Shown here in pieces: positions 41,328 through 51,263 of a DNA stretch of 64,000 bases (positions are counted from its first letter, which is position 1; each line of letters begins with the position of its first letter). The translations under genes and the position numbers were made by a program. Source of the stretch: an uncultured candidate division Zixibacteria bacterium (GTDB taxonomy: Bacteria; Zixibacteria; MSB-5A5; GN15; FEB-12); assembly GCA_963806185.1 (NCBI GenBank), contig CAWDXE010000007.1, forward strand, positions 576,001 through 640,000, given 5' to 3'. The notes under the pieces were generated by a model that searched no databases, was not told the origin of the DNA, and was given only the letters and a program-made list of their open reading frames with translations.

Positions 41328-42023
41328 GATAATTCGTCAGACGATCGAGGCGCCGACTGTCTTTATCGGTGATCGTCGTCTCGATATCACGGCCGAGATC
41401 ATGGCTGAAAAGCGAGCTGGGGGAACTGTTTCCCCAGGTCCATTATGTCACCGACGTCGACGGGGCAAAATCAATTCCGATTCAAGAGGTATATCGTCTC
41501 GAAACCGTCATGAGCAATCGGGCACAGGAGTCCCGTCAGGAAGGGTACGCGGCGGGTCACCAGGACGGACTCGCCAAGGGACTGGACGAGGCCAGACGCG
41601 TGTTGTCCCAGCTCAATAACGCCATTACTGACGCAGTGACCCAGCGCGAGACGATACTCGAAGAGGCCAAGCAGAAAGTTCTCGAACTGGTGATTCAGAT
41701 CAGCAGGAAAGTGACCTGCGACGCCATCCAGATCGACCGCGAGGCTACCGCCCACATGGTCGCCAGGATCGTTGACGGTCTGGTGGATCGATCGCAACTT
41801 GCGCATCAAAGTTCATCCGGATTTTCTACCGATTGTCGAGCAGAATATGCACCGCTACCTTAGCGGCAACGCGCTGATCAAAGAGGTCATCTTTGAACCT
41901 GACCCGCGCGTCCGTCTTGGCGGGTGTTTCATACAGACGCCAACGGGCGACATTGACGCCCGACTGGAATCCCAGTTTGACGTCATTGCGGAAACGATTA
42001 TGAACACCGAGGATCAGTCGTGA
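41320..42023 (+). CDS. fliH: Flagellar export protein FliH (frameshifts near 41412 and 41800)
   Basis: GxxxG repeats (EGYAAGHQDGLAKG), VHP, GGC.I.T..G.IDA. Confidence 0.82.
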
Positions 42024-43337
42024 ACCGGCTGGCCTACGAGATGTACGCCGAGCGCATCACTCGTGCGCACGCTATCAAGCAATTCGGCAAAGTTACGCAG
42101 GTCGTAGGGCTTGATCATTGAATCGGCCGGTCCCTCGGTCCCCGTCGGGCGACTGTGCACGATAGAAAATCGGGACGATGGCTCTACGGTCAAGGCCGAA
42201 GTGGTCGGGTTTCGCAACGACCGACTCTTGTTGATGCCCTATGGACCGATCACGGGGATCACGCCGGGTGCGATTGTCACCTCGACCGCCGAACAGTTTC
42301 GTATCCCGGTTGGGCCGGAACTGATCGGACGCGTGGTAGGTGGTCTGGGGCAGCCGATCGATGGCAAGGGACCGATCGCGGCGACCGGCACACGCACGAT
42401 CAACGCACGGCCGATCCCCGTCATGAAGCGCAAGCCGATTGACCAGCCGATTCGGACGGGTATCAAGGCGATAGACCTTTTGGCGGCGGTGGGGAAGGGA
42501 CAGCGAATGGGGATATTCGCCGGATCAGGGGTTGGAAAATCGGTGCTGTTGGGCATGATCGCCCGCGGATCGTCGGCGGACATAAATGTAATTGGTCTGA
42601 TTGGCGAACGCGGTCGCGAGGTCCGCGAGTTCATTGAGCGGGATCTCGGTCCTGAGGGACTCAAACGATCGATCGTGGTAGCGGTGTCATCCGATCAACC
42701 GGCGCTGGTGCGAATCAAAGGGGCCATGGTCGCCACCACTATTGCGGAGTACTTCCGCGATCAGGGCAAAGATGTTTTGCTGCTCATGGATTCGGTCACG
42801 CGACTGGCTATGGCGCAGCGCGAAATCGGTTTGGCGGCCGGTGAGCCGCCCGCCACCAAAGGGTACACACCATCGGTGTTCGCCATGCTGCCGGGGTTGT
42901 TGGAACGAGCCGGTCAGCACCGAGCGCGGATCGATCACCGGACTATACACGGTGCTGGTAGAAGGCGACGATTTCAACGAGCCGATCTCCGATGCGGTCG
43001 ATCGATTCTCGACGGTCACGTGGCGCTGTCGCGAAAACTGGCGGCCATGAATCAGTATCCGGCGGTTGATTATCTTGACTCAATCAGTCGCGTTATGAAA
43101 GAGGTAGTCTCACCGGACGAGGTGGTTTTGGCCGGACAAGTGAGAGAGCTGGTCGCCACCTATCGCGAGGCGGAAGATCTGATCAACATCGGCGCCTACG
43201 TCAAAGGCTCGAATCCGAAAATCGATAGGGCCATCACCAAGATCGAGCCGATCAACCAGTTTTTTCGCCAGCGGATCGGCGAACTATGCGACTACGGTGA
43301 GTCTGTAAATTTGCTGCGCGCAATCGTGCAGGGGTGA
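42020..43337 (+). CDS. fliI: Flagellar export ATPase FliI (frameshifts near 42110, 42917, 42998)
   Basis: GIFAGSGVGKS, GERGREV, MDSVTR, GEPP.TKGY, ILDGH. Confidence 0.93.
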
Positions 43338-43345
43338 GCTGATTC

Positions 43346-43801
43346 GTGAAGAAGTACCGTTTCCGCTTAGAGCCGTTGCTCAATGTTCGCAAGCATGTCG
43401 AGAAGCAGCGCCAGAAAGAGCTGGCGTCAGCAGTCCTGCAGGTCGGTTTCCAGAAGGCCCATCTCGACAATCTTGCTGCGAAGCGAGTTGAAACGACCGA
43501 GTCTCAGCGGCAGATTCAGGGAGGGAAGCTGTCGGTCTATCAATTGCAGACCTACTCGCGCTATTTCGTGTTGCTCAAGAAAGAAACGCTGGCCGGGCAG
43601 GAGTTGCTTCGTGGCTTTGAGCGCGACGCCGACAACAAGCGGCGCAAATTGATTGAAGCGGCAAAACAGCGTAAGATATACGAAAAGCTGAAAGAAACCC
43701 AGCAGACGAAATTCTACAAGACCTTCTCTGACGCCGAAAAAAAGGAGGCCGACGAAATCGGCCTCAACAGCTTCAGATTAAATCATCCCAAGGCGAAATA
43801 A
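43346..43801 (+). CDS. fliJ: Flagellar export chaperone FliJ
   Basis: YRFRLE.LL, coiled coil, C-terminal E.K..DE, position after fliI. Confidence 0.85.
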   Translation: MKKYRFRLEPLLNVRKHVEKQRQKELASAVLQVGFQKAHLDNLAAKRVETTESQRQIQGGKLSVYQLQTYSRYFVLLKKETLAGQELLRGFERDADNKRRKLIEAAKQRKIYEKLKETQQTKFYKTFSDAEKKEADEIGLNSFRLNHPKAK

Positions 43802-43804
43802 TCT

Positions 43805-45092
43805 CTATTTCACCAGCAACATCTTCTTCGTCTCGGTGAACTTCTCCGACGACAGTCGATAGAAATACACGCCCGTAGCCAGGTCATTCCCATTGCCCGA
43901 CCGACCGTCGAAGACAATACGATGGTTTCCCGCCGCCAGTTGCTCCGAGACAAGCGTCCGCACGCGCTGTCCCAGCGTGTTGAAAATATCGAGCTGTACT
44001 TTGCCCGCAGTCGGCAGCGCGAATTCAATCGTTGTGGTCGGGTTGAACGGGTTTGGATAGTTCTGCGACAGGGTGTACGCCGCCGGCAGGGAGCCGTCGT
44101 TCGTATCGTCCACGTCCGTGGAGACAGACACCCTCAGCCAGCCGGCGCGGAAAAACGGGGCGAATTCGGCGTTGGCGTCAACCGCTGTCAATTTGGTTTT
44201 GGTCTTGAAGAAGCCAAGATACGTGGTCGTGTCGATGGTAATGGTCGTATCGGGAGTGGTCGGTGAGACGTGGAAATACAGCCGGGCAATTTTTCCGCTA
44301 CCGGGATCGAGCGGCGTCGTGAAGTCGAGCGACAGCAGAAGCTCTCTCCCTCCGTCATTGCGATTAACCGTACGAGTCGTCGCCTGCAGGCCTCGCGTGC
44401 CGAGGAATGACGCGCTGTCAAAGGTGAGGTAGCCGCTACCGTAGGTGAGCGCGATTGCGGAACTGGCGACATTGCGCTCGTTGTACATGTAGACGTCGAC
44501 GATCGGCGCCTGGCCCTTGGCAGTTTTCACGGTATCGACCCAGATCGAGTCCATGGCAATGGGCGATTCAACGATATTGAGGTGCCCTTTGCGGAACTTC
44601 GGTTTGAATGCCTGCAGGATTGGAACCGGTCAGCGAAGTCGATTTCTCGACCCCCAGGGTGTTGACGAAGGTGATCGAATCGATCGGTATATCCTGCGGC
44701 GTTATGGATGACTGATAGGAGATGTAGAGTCGCCCGATCATGCCGCTGCCGGCCGGAAGCAGGTCGCCGGAGGCAAAGCCGAAAATGTTCAGGATGGAGT
44801 CACCAGTGGCCGTGGCGCCCTTGAATCCCCAGGTACTCACTCGACCACCCGCGAAAGAGAAGGAATCAATGATAATCTGGTGCGACCTTTCGATCAGGGT
44901 GATCTCGAGGGCGGATATGTCCTCGTCATTCACCAACCGGACCGGCACAACACCAGATCCCGACTGGAACGCGACAACCGAATCGACGCGCACAGTATCG
45001 GGGGTGCCCGGATCGGTTTGGGCGAACAGGGAAGAGGCAGAGACGAGAAATCCGATGGTCAATATTTGAACAACGTGACGCGGGCGGTGCAT
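43805..45092 (-). CDS. Secreted protein with two cohesin-like domains and a FlgD-Ig/T9SS-like C-terminal domain (one frameshift near 44617)
   Basis: AAGGAG RBS, signal peptide, repeats PDTVRVDSV...VPV.L.ND...DS.SF.G.R and DSIWVDTV...VDVYMYN...DSASF.G.R, C-terminal QNYPNPFNP...KKMLLVK. Confidence 0.75.
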
Positions 45093-45368
45093 AGGCGACT
45101 CCTTAGCTCGTGTGGGGAGGCAGAGCAAAAAACGTGCTGCAATCTTCAATTGGGGTCGTGACGAACGGGCTGGTACTCTGCGACTCCTGCTAACGGCTAA
45201 TCTGCGTGCAATTAACATGTTACCGACATGTCAAATATAGTCACTGCAAAGGCGAACCGCAAGAGGGCGAATAGTGCGGCGCCTGCTATGCAACAGGCTG
45301 CCAAGAGATGTCCGGCAATGGCCCGGCAACGCAAGATGCTGAAATTCAGCGTGGCAACGAGAGTCCGC

Positions 45369-45395
45369 TAAGCGGTGACTCAACCGTGCCGATAT
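45369..45395 (+). promoter_or_regulatory. sigma28 (FliA/SigD-type) promoter
   Basis: TAAG-N15-GCCGATAT. Confidence 0.65.
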
Positions 45396-45403
45396 AGGGT
45401 AAC

Positions 45404-45610
45404 ATGATGCCCGCTCCACCGATACCGAAGTCGCGCTGCCGTTATCATCAAGTATGCTATCTGGCGGATGGCCTCAAATGTTCGGGGTACCGATTGGATT
45501 GTATCCTCTATCGTCAGACAAACGGTCAGCCGGTAACGGAGGCGTCATTTCACGAGGCAATGGATCGGCTGATTGACAGGACAAAAGCAGAGCATTCCAG
45601 GCTACCTTAA
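45404..45610 (+). CDS. Small 4-Cys hypothetical protein
   Basis: 68 aa with C-x5-C-x7-C-x6-C, directly downstream of a sigma28 box. Confidence 0.5.
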   Translation: MMPAPPIPKSRCRYHQVCYLADGLKCSGYRLDCILYRQTNGQPVTEASFHEAMDRLIDRTKAEHSRLP

Positions 45611-45744
45611 GCCGAGACTCAGCAGCGGTTGCTCATCTCATCCGGAAAATACTTCCGAATTCCCCTCGCAGGGAGTGAAACCACTTCATGGTCGAGGTCA
45701 GTTAAATATAAGCAAGACAATTCGTTACGTGTGCCGGTGGAATG

Positions 45745-45761
45745 TTGGCACAGTGACTGCT
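45745..45761 (+). promoter_or_regulatory. sigma54 promoter of the flgFG operon
   Basis: TTGGCAC-AGTGA-CTGCT with exact GG-N10-GC spacing. Confidence 0.7.
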
Positions 45762-45782
45762 ATAGGGACTACGGAGGATTCT

Positions 45783-46514
45783 ATGGTTAAAGGTATGTAT
45801 ACCTCGGCCTCCGGCATGGTTCCGGGGGTCAAGAAGCAGGATCTGATCGCGAACAATTTGTCCAATGTCGGCACCACCGGCTTCAAGAAGGACCGGATGT
45901 TCACGCGAGAACTATCGGTCGCCGAGAAGAGACTTACGCCCAAGAAATCAGATTGGGAGCAGCCGATGGCGGACCGGCTGTTTATCGATTTTGCTCCCGG
46001 CACATTTGACAAAACCGGCAATCCTCATGACCTCGCGATCGAAGGCGACGGATTCTTCACGCTGACCGATCCCGAAGGAAACACTTATCTCACTCGTTCG
46101 GGCGCATTTGAAGTGAACGGGGAAGGGTATTTGTCCTATCCCGGAGGGTATCTGCTCAATGGCCAGGGTGGTCCAATCCAGGTAGGCAACTCAGAATTCA
46201 CGGTGAATCAGAACGGTGAGGTAGAGATCGGCGGTTCGGTGACCGATCGCATTCTGCCGGTCACCGTGCCGGACGTCGAGAAACTTGATCGAATCGGCGG
46301 GGCGATGTTTTCGCTGCCGGCCGGCACCGAAACCTCCCCCGTACCTCTGGCGCAAATTCAACAAGGATATCTGGAGGCGTCGAACGTCGACGTCGTCCAT
46401 GAGATGGTCGACATGATCATCACTTACCGGACCTACGAGGCGAATGCGCGCGCCCTGCAGCAGCAGGATGCGTCGCTCGATAACCTGTTCCAGGGTGTGG
46501 CGGGCGATAAATAA
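45783..46514 (+). CDS. flgF: Flagellar basal-body rod protein FlgF
   Basis: ANNLSNV.T.GFKK, DLAIEGDGFF, TRSGAF, LEASNV. GGAGG RBS. Confidence 0.9.
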   Translation: MVKGMYTSASGMVPGVKKQDLIANNLSNVGTTGFKKDRMFTRELSVAEKRLTPKKSDWEQPMADRLFIDFAPGTFDKTGNPHDLAIEGDGFFTLTDPEGNTYLTRSGAFEVNGEGYLSYPGGYLLNGQGGPIQVGNSEFTVNQNGEVEIGGSVTDRILPVTVPDVEKLDRIGGAMFSLPAGTETSPVPLAQIQQGYLEASNVDVVHEMVDMIITYRTYEANARALQQQDASLDNLFQGVAGDK

Positions 46515-46541
46515 GAAAACGAATTGCCATAGGAGGCAGAC

Positions 46542-47330
46542 ATGATAAAAGCGATGCGAACAGCTGCGACCGGTATGCAGGCGCAGCAGATGAATGTCGA
46601 CAACATCGCGAACAACCTGGCCAACGTCAACACGACCGGGTTCAAGAAGAGCAAGCTGGAATTCCAGGACGTTCTCTACCAGAACTACCGCAAAGCCGGC
46701 ACCGCGACCGCCATCGGCACGCAGACTCCTGCCGGACTGGCGATCGGATACGGCACGCGCCCGGCCTCGACGCTCCGCGAATTCAGCACCGGTGAACTGC
46801 AGTCGACCGGCAATCCCCTCGATATGGCCATCGAAGGGGATGGCTTCTTCCAGGTGCGACTGCCCGACGGCACGACTGGCTACACTCGCGACGGTTCGTT
46901 TCGAATATCGGGGGATGGCCGCATTGTGAACCCTGACGGGTACGTGATGATGCCGGAGCTCTCGATTCCCGAAGATACAACGTCAGTGTCGATAGGCCGC
47001 GACGGGACGGTCGAGGTCATGCAGGTCGGTCAGGACACTCCGACGCAGGTGGGGACACTGGAACTGGTCCGGTTCATCAATCCGGCCGGCCTCAACGCAA
47101 TTGGCCGAAATCTCCTGACGCTGACCAGTGCTTCCGGAAACCCCATCACGAACCAGCCGGGTCAGAGTGGGCTGGGCGAGGTAAACCAGGGGTATCTGGA
47201 AATGTCCAACGTCGAAGTGGTCGACGAAATGGTCAACATGATTGTTGCCCAGCGCGCCTACGAGATGAATTCGAAAGCGATTCAGACGGCCGACGACATG
47301 TCGTCGATCGCAAACAATTTGAAGCGATAG
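46542..47330 (+). CDS. flgG: Flagellar distal rod protein FlgG
   Basis: NNLANVNTTGFKK...FQDVLYQ, YTRDGSF, QRAYEMNSKAIQTAD. Confidence 0.96.
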   Translation: MIKAMRTAATGMQAQQMNVDNIANNLANVNTTGFKKSKLEFQDVLYQNYRKAGTATAIGTQTPAGLAIGYGTRPASTLREFSTGELQSTGNPLDMAIEGDGFFQVRLPDGTTGYTRDGSFRISGDGRIVNPDGYVMMPELSIPEDTTSVSIGRDGTVEVMQVGQDTPTQVGTLELVRFINPAGLNAIGRNLLTLTSASGNPITNQPGQSGLGEVNQGYLEMSNVEVVDEMVNMIVAQRAYEMNSKAIQTADDMSSIANNLKR

Positions 47331-47331
47331 T

Positions 47332-48036
47332 ATGAAGGACCTGCGGCGACATTGGATGGTTCTGATCGAACTGGCGTTCGTTCTCGGTACTCTGGCGGTG
47401 CAGCCGGCGAGGGCGACGATGAGTGATGAGAGTCTGATCGGCAACGTCATTGCGCACTACGGTTTCGACACTGCTGTCTACCAGGTCGAGGTGGTCTCGA
47501 CGTCCATAACGACGACCGACCTTGCACCGTCCGAAATCAACTTCACCGCTCTTTCCGACAAAGAGCCGCTCGGGCTGTTTACCGTCCTGGCAACGGCGAC
47601 GCGCAACAATGCGGTCATCGATCGCGGACAGGTGCGGCTCAGAATTCGCAAATTCGCCGAGGTGCCGGTGCTGAGCCGGGCGGTGAAATTCCATCAGACA
47701 CTCGATCGCTCATTGGTCGAAGTCAAGCGGATGGAGGTTACCAACCTGCGCGAGCAGCCACTGTCGGCCGGTGATGATCCGTCAGGCTACCGGGCCAAAC
47801 GGATGCTGGCGGCCGGTCAGATTCTCACCAATGAGGCGATGGAACCAGTTCCCGCCATCGAGTCCGGAAGCGAGGTCGCCATTGAGATTGGCGGCACCGC
47901 ATTCAACATTTCGGCTGAAGGTATCGCGCTCCAGGATGGTGCGCGAGGCGATCAGATAAAGGTGAAAAATACAACGTCAGGACGAATCCTCATGGCGCGC
48001 GTGGTTGACGACCGTCGCGTGACCGTGGAGCGATAA
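47332..48036 (+). CDS. flgA: P-ring formation chaperone FlgA
   Basis: Signal peptide, SAF-like region, ALQDG..GD.I.VKN..SGR. Confidence 0.88.
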   Translation: MKDLRRHWMVLIELAFVLGTLAVQPARATMSDESLIGNVIAHYGFDTAVYQVEVVSTSITTTDLAPSEINFTALSDKEPLGLFTVLATATRNNAVIDRGQVRLRIRKFAEVPVLSRAVKFHQTLDRSLVEVKRMEVTNLREQPLSAGDDPSGYRAKRMLAAGQILTNEAMEPVPAIESGSEVAIEIGGTAFNISAEGIALQDGARGDQIKVKNTTSGRILMARVVDDRRVTVER

Positions 48037-48040
48037 CTGC

Positions 48041-48649
48041 ATGGGACGCAAAGGAAGTGTCATGACTTTTCGACGACTGCTCATTCTGCTGGGGCTGCTC
48101 TTGCTGCTGCCTTTTTCGCTGAAACTGCGCGGGCAGGATTTCGGGCGAAGCAACTCGATGTATACCGACATCAAAGCTCACTCTGTCGGCGACATCCTCA
48201 CCGTACTTATTGTGGAGCAAAGCCGGGCCTCAAACCAGGTAGAAACCAAGACCGAAAAGAGCACGGCAACCAAGACCGACGGCGGCCCCGGTGTGGGTCC
48301 ACTCGATTTTATTCCGCTCTTCGGTGTCGACGCATCCAATTCGAACACGTTTGACGGCAAGGGGGAGAATCTCCGCGCCGGCAATGTCCGGGCCAAGATG
48401 TCCGTGACCGTCGTGGGCGTCAAAAAGAACGGTGATCTCATCATTGAAGGATCGCGCGTGGTCGGCATTTCCGGTGATCGTGAGACCTTCAACCTGAGCG
48501 GGGTCATCCGTCAAAAGGACATCACGCCCGACAACACGATTGAGTCGTATCTCATCGCCGACGCAGAGATTCACTATAGCGGCAAAGGGGCGGCCAATTC
48601 CGGCTCGCGGCCGGGATTCTTCACCCGAATCATTAACTGGCTGTTTTAG
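48041..48649 (+). CDS. flgH: Flagellar L-ring protein FlgH
   Basis: D.KA..VGDILTV.I.E, NGDL.IEG, SG.IR..DI..DN.I.S..IADA.I.Y.G. No obvious lipobox Cys. Confidence 0.9.
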   Translation: MGRKGSVMTFRRLLILLGLLLLLPFSLKLRGQDFGRSNSMYTDIKAHSVGDILTVLIVEQSRASNQVETKTEKSTATKTDGGPGVGPLDFIPLFGVDASNSNTFDGKGENLRAGNVRAKMSVTVVGVKKNGDLIIEGSRVVGISGDRETFNLSGVIRQKDITPDNTIESYLIADAEIHYSGKGAANSGSRPGFFTRIINWLF

Positions 48650-48658
48650 GAGGGGATC

Positions 48659-49795
48659 ATGCGTGGATCGCTTGTTCGAATGCTGGCCTCTCCCGTCGTG
48701 CTGGGGATAGTACTGGCGCTTTTCAGTGTGTGGTGTGACGTGGCCTATGGGGCCAAAGTTCGCATCAAAGATATTTCCGCATTCCAGACCAGCCAGGAGG
48801 CTGATCTGATCGGCTATGGTCTGGTGATCGGTCTGGACGGCTCGGGGGACGGTGCCGGCACGCAATTCACCGTGCAATCGCTCGTCAATATGATGCAACG
48901 GATGGGACTGACAGTCGAGCAGAGCAAGGTAAAGGTGAAAAACGTGGCGGCCGTCATGGTAACCGCCAAAATATCCAGCCAGCAAACTACCGGTTCCTAT
49001 TTTGATATTACCGTGTCGTCAGTAGGGGATGCCTCGTCATTACAAGGCGGAACGCTGCTGATCACACAATTGTCGGCGCCGGATGGCACGATTCGAGCGA
49101 CGGCCCAGGGGCCGGTGTCGATCGGCGGGTTCAACGTTCAGGTTGATGAAACCAATCGGATCGTCAAGAACTACACGGTCGTTGGACGCGTTCCCGGGGG
49201 CGGCAAAATCACCCAGGCGCTGGAGGCGAATCCGGCGAGCGAGAAGGAATTCTATATCTCGCTCAACGCGCCGGACTTCACCACGGCGCATCGCATGGCC
49301 GAAGCGATCAATATCCGTTACGGCGAGACGGCTTACCCGATCGATGGCGGCGCCGTGAAGGTGGTCGTGCCGGATACGCTGATGCACCCGACGTTGCGAT
49401 CGCGATTCATCTCCGACATCGGCCAGATGTCGGTCGACCCGGACAACATCGCCAAAGTCATTATCAACGAGAAGACCGGGACGATTGTAGCGGGCGAACA
49501 TGTCACCATTTCCCCGGTGGCGATTGCGCACGGCACGATTACGGTCAATATCCAGTCGCGTCCGGTCATCTCTCAGCCCGAGGCTTTCAGTAAGGGGGAA
49601 ACGGTGGTGACGCAGGAATCGCAGATCTCGGTGGAGCAGGAAACAGCGCGCGTCGTCGAACTCAAGGAATCAGTGCTGCTTTCGGACATTGCCGACGCCC
49701 TTAACAAGATCGGCGCCACGCCGCGCGATATTGTCGCCATTTTCCAGGCGCTCAAACAGGCCGGTGCACTGCAGGCCGAGCTGGTCATACTCTAA
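48659..49795 (+). CDS. flgI: Flagellar P-ring protein FlgI
   Basis: RIKDI, GYGLVIGL.G.GD, KNVAAVMVTA, GDA.SL.GGTL, AGALQAEL. Confidence 0.96.
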   Translation: MRGSLVRMLASPVVLGIVLALFSVWCDVAYGAKVRIKDISAFQTSQEADLIGYGLVIGLDGSGDGAGTQFTVQSLVNMMQRMGLTVEQSKVKVKNVAAVMVTAKISSQQTTGSYFDITVSSVGDASSLQGGTLLITQLSAPDGTIRATAQGPVSIGGFNVQVDETNRIVKNYTVVGRVPGGGKITQALEANPASEKEFYISLNAPDFTTAHRMAEAINIRYGETAYPIDGGAVKVVVPDTLMHPTLRSRFISDIGQMSVDPDNIAKVIINEKTGTIVAGEHVTISPVAIAHGTITVNIQSRPVISQPEAFSKGETVVTQESQISVEQETARVVELKESVLLSDIADALNKIGATPRDIVAIFQALKQAGALQAELVIL

Positions 49796-50727
49796 TGGCG
49801 CCGTTGGTAAACATCCCCTCCCGAGTTTCGCCCAACGGCGACCTCGACCGGCTGAAAGCGATGAAGGTCGATACACCGGAGGCGGAAAAGGCCCGTCTGC
49901 GCAAGGTTACGCAGGAATTCGAGTCGTTCTTCACCTACTACATGCTGAAGACAATGCGTCAGACCATACCGAAGGAGGATTCCGGTTCCGAATCGATGCT
50001 TGGCAGTGATTTGGGCAAGGACATGTTTACCGATATGTTTGACATGGAGGTAGGCCGGAAGATGAGTCAGGGGCAGTCGCGATCGCTCAGCGACATGCTG
50101 TACAAGTCGTTGGAAAAATTGATTGACCAACGGGCAACTCCAGAAGCCGGTACGGTCAAGGCCATCCCACTCAAAAAGGTCGAGTCCAGGCAGCTGCCCT
50201 TAAAGGCTGAACCGATCAGTCTGCCCGAACCGGAGAGACCGGCTCAGGTGAAAGCGGTCAAAGCGAAGCCGATCGACCTGCCTTCCGCGACGCGAAATGT
50301 GCACCCGGACAAGGTCATTTCCACATACGGAAAGTTGATCGATGAGGCGGCCGAGCGCCACCAGGTGGATTCCGCACTCATTGCGTCGGTTATTCATGCC
50401 GAATCGAGCGGCAATCCCAACGCCGTCTCCGACGCCGGTGCAAAAGGGCTCATGCAACTGACCGACTCGACAGCCGAGTACCTGGGCGTACAGGATTCGC
50501 TGGATCCCAAGGAAAATATCATGGGCGGAGCGAAGTATCTCCGCAAACTAATGGACAAGTACGGTGACATACGCCTGGCGCTGGCGGCGTACAACGCCGG
50601 CCCCGGGAATGTGGATAAATACGGTGGCGTGCCGCCGTTCAAGGAGACGACCGATTACATCGCCAAAGTCACCGGCTTTCTCAAGAACCTGAGCTCGAAA
50701 CATGACCAGTCGGCTAAAGGCGAATAG
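49795..50727 (+). CDS. flgJ: FlgJ-type rod-binding domain fused to an SLT lytic transglycosylase
   Basis: EFESFF...MLK.MR, DMFD. SLT motifs AESS.NP.AVS..GA.GLMQL and ALAAYNAG. Confidence 0.85.
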   Translation: MAPLVNIPSRVSPNGDLDRLKAMKVDTPEAEKARLRKVTQEFESFFTYYMLKTMRQTIPKEDSGSESMLGSDLGKDMFTDMFDMEVGRKMSQGQSRSLSDMLYKSLEKLIDQRATPEAGTVKAIPLKKVESRQLPLKAEPISLPEPERPAQVKAVKAKPIDLPSATRNVHPDKVISTYGKLIDEAAERHQVDSALIASVIHAESSGNPNAVSDAGAKGLMQLTDSTAEYLGVQDSLDPKENIMGGAKYLRKLMDKYGDIRLALAAYNAGPGNVDKYGGVPPFKETTDYIAKVTGFLKNLSSKHDQSAKGE

Positions 50728-50742
50728 GCGAGCTGTCGATAC
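50715..50742 (+). promoter_or_regulatory. Putative sigma28 promoter of flgN-flgK
   Basis: TAAAG-N15-GTCGATAC. Confidence 0.5.
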
Positions 50743-50777
50743 TCTGAAACACAGGACGTTTCGCGAAGTATAGGAAC

Positions 50778-51263
50778 ATGATCAATCAGCTTATCGACAT
50801 CCTCAATCAGGAAGCGTCGCTCTTCGAGGCCTTTCTCGAACTGCTCGACCGGCAGAAGCAGGCGTTGGTCAAGAACGACATAGTCGCCCTTGACGAGATC
50901 ACGCGCCGTCAGCAGGAAAAGATCATCGAAGGTCAGCGGCTGGCGCGCACGCGCGAGCGTCTCATTCACGATATCAGTACCGCCAACGCCATAGAGGGGG
51001 ACCTCACCGTGTCGCGGTTGCTGGATATTGTCGACGAGCATCAGGCTACCCAGCTCAAGCAACTTCGGGAAACCGTGCTTTCCCTCAACGACCAGATACT
51101 CCGTACTCGCAACAGCAACGCGATGCTCATAAATCAGTCCCGTGAGTTCATCTCGAGGACTATGACGATGTTGTCCCGGGTTCATCATCAGGACAAGACG
51201 TACGGTCGCGGAGGCGAAACCGACAACGGCGGTCACGCCGTATTGATAGATGGGAGGGCATGA
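50778..51263 (+). CDS. flgN: Flagellar chaperone FlgN
   Basis: Helical protein with N..N..LI and a C-terminal TY..G, located before flgK. Confidence 0.82.
   Translation: MINQLIDILNQEASLFEAFLELLDRQKQALVKNDIVALDEITRRQQEKIIEGQRLARTRERLIHDISTANAIEGDLTVSRLLDIVDEHQATQLKQLRETVLSLNDQILRTRNSNAMLINQSREFISRTMTMLSRVHHQDKTYGRGGETDNGGHAVLIDGRA

Noticed and set aside
27400..44620. Programmed frameshifting or phase variation in che/fli genes
   Set aside because: There are too many independent indels, no shared slippery or repeat tract, and one falls in an unrelated gene.
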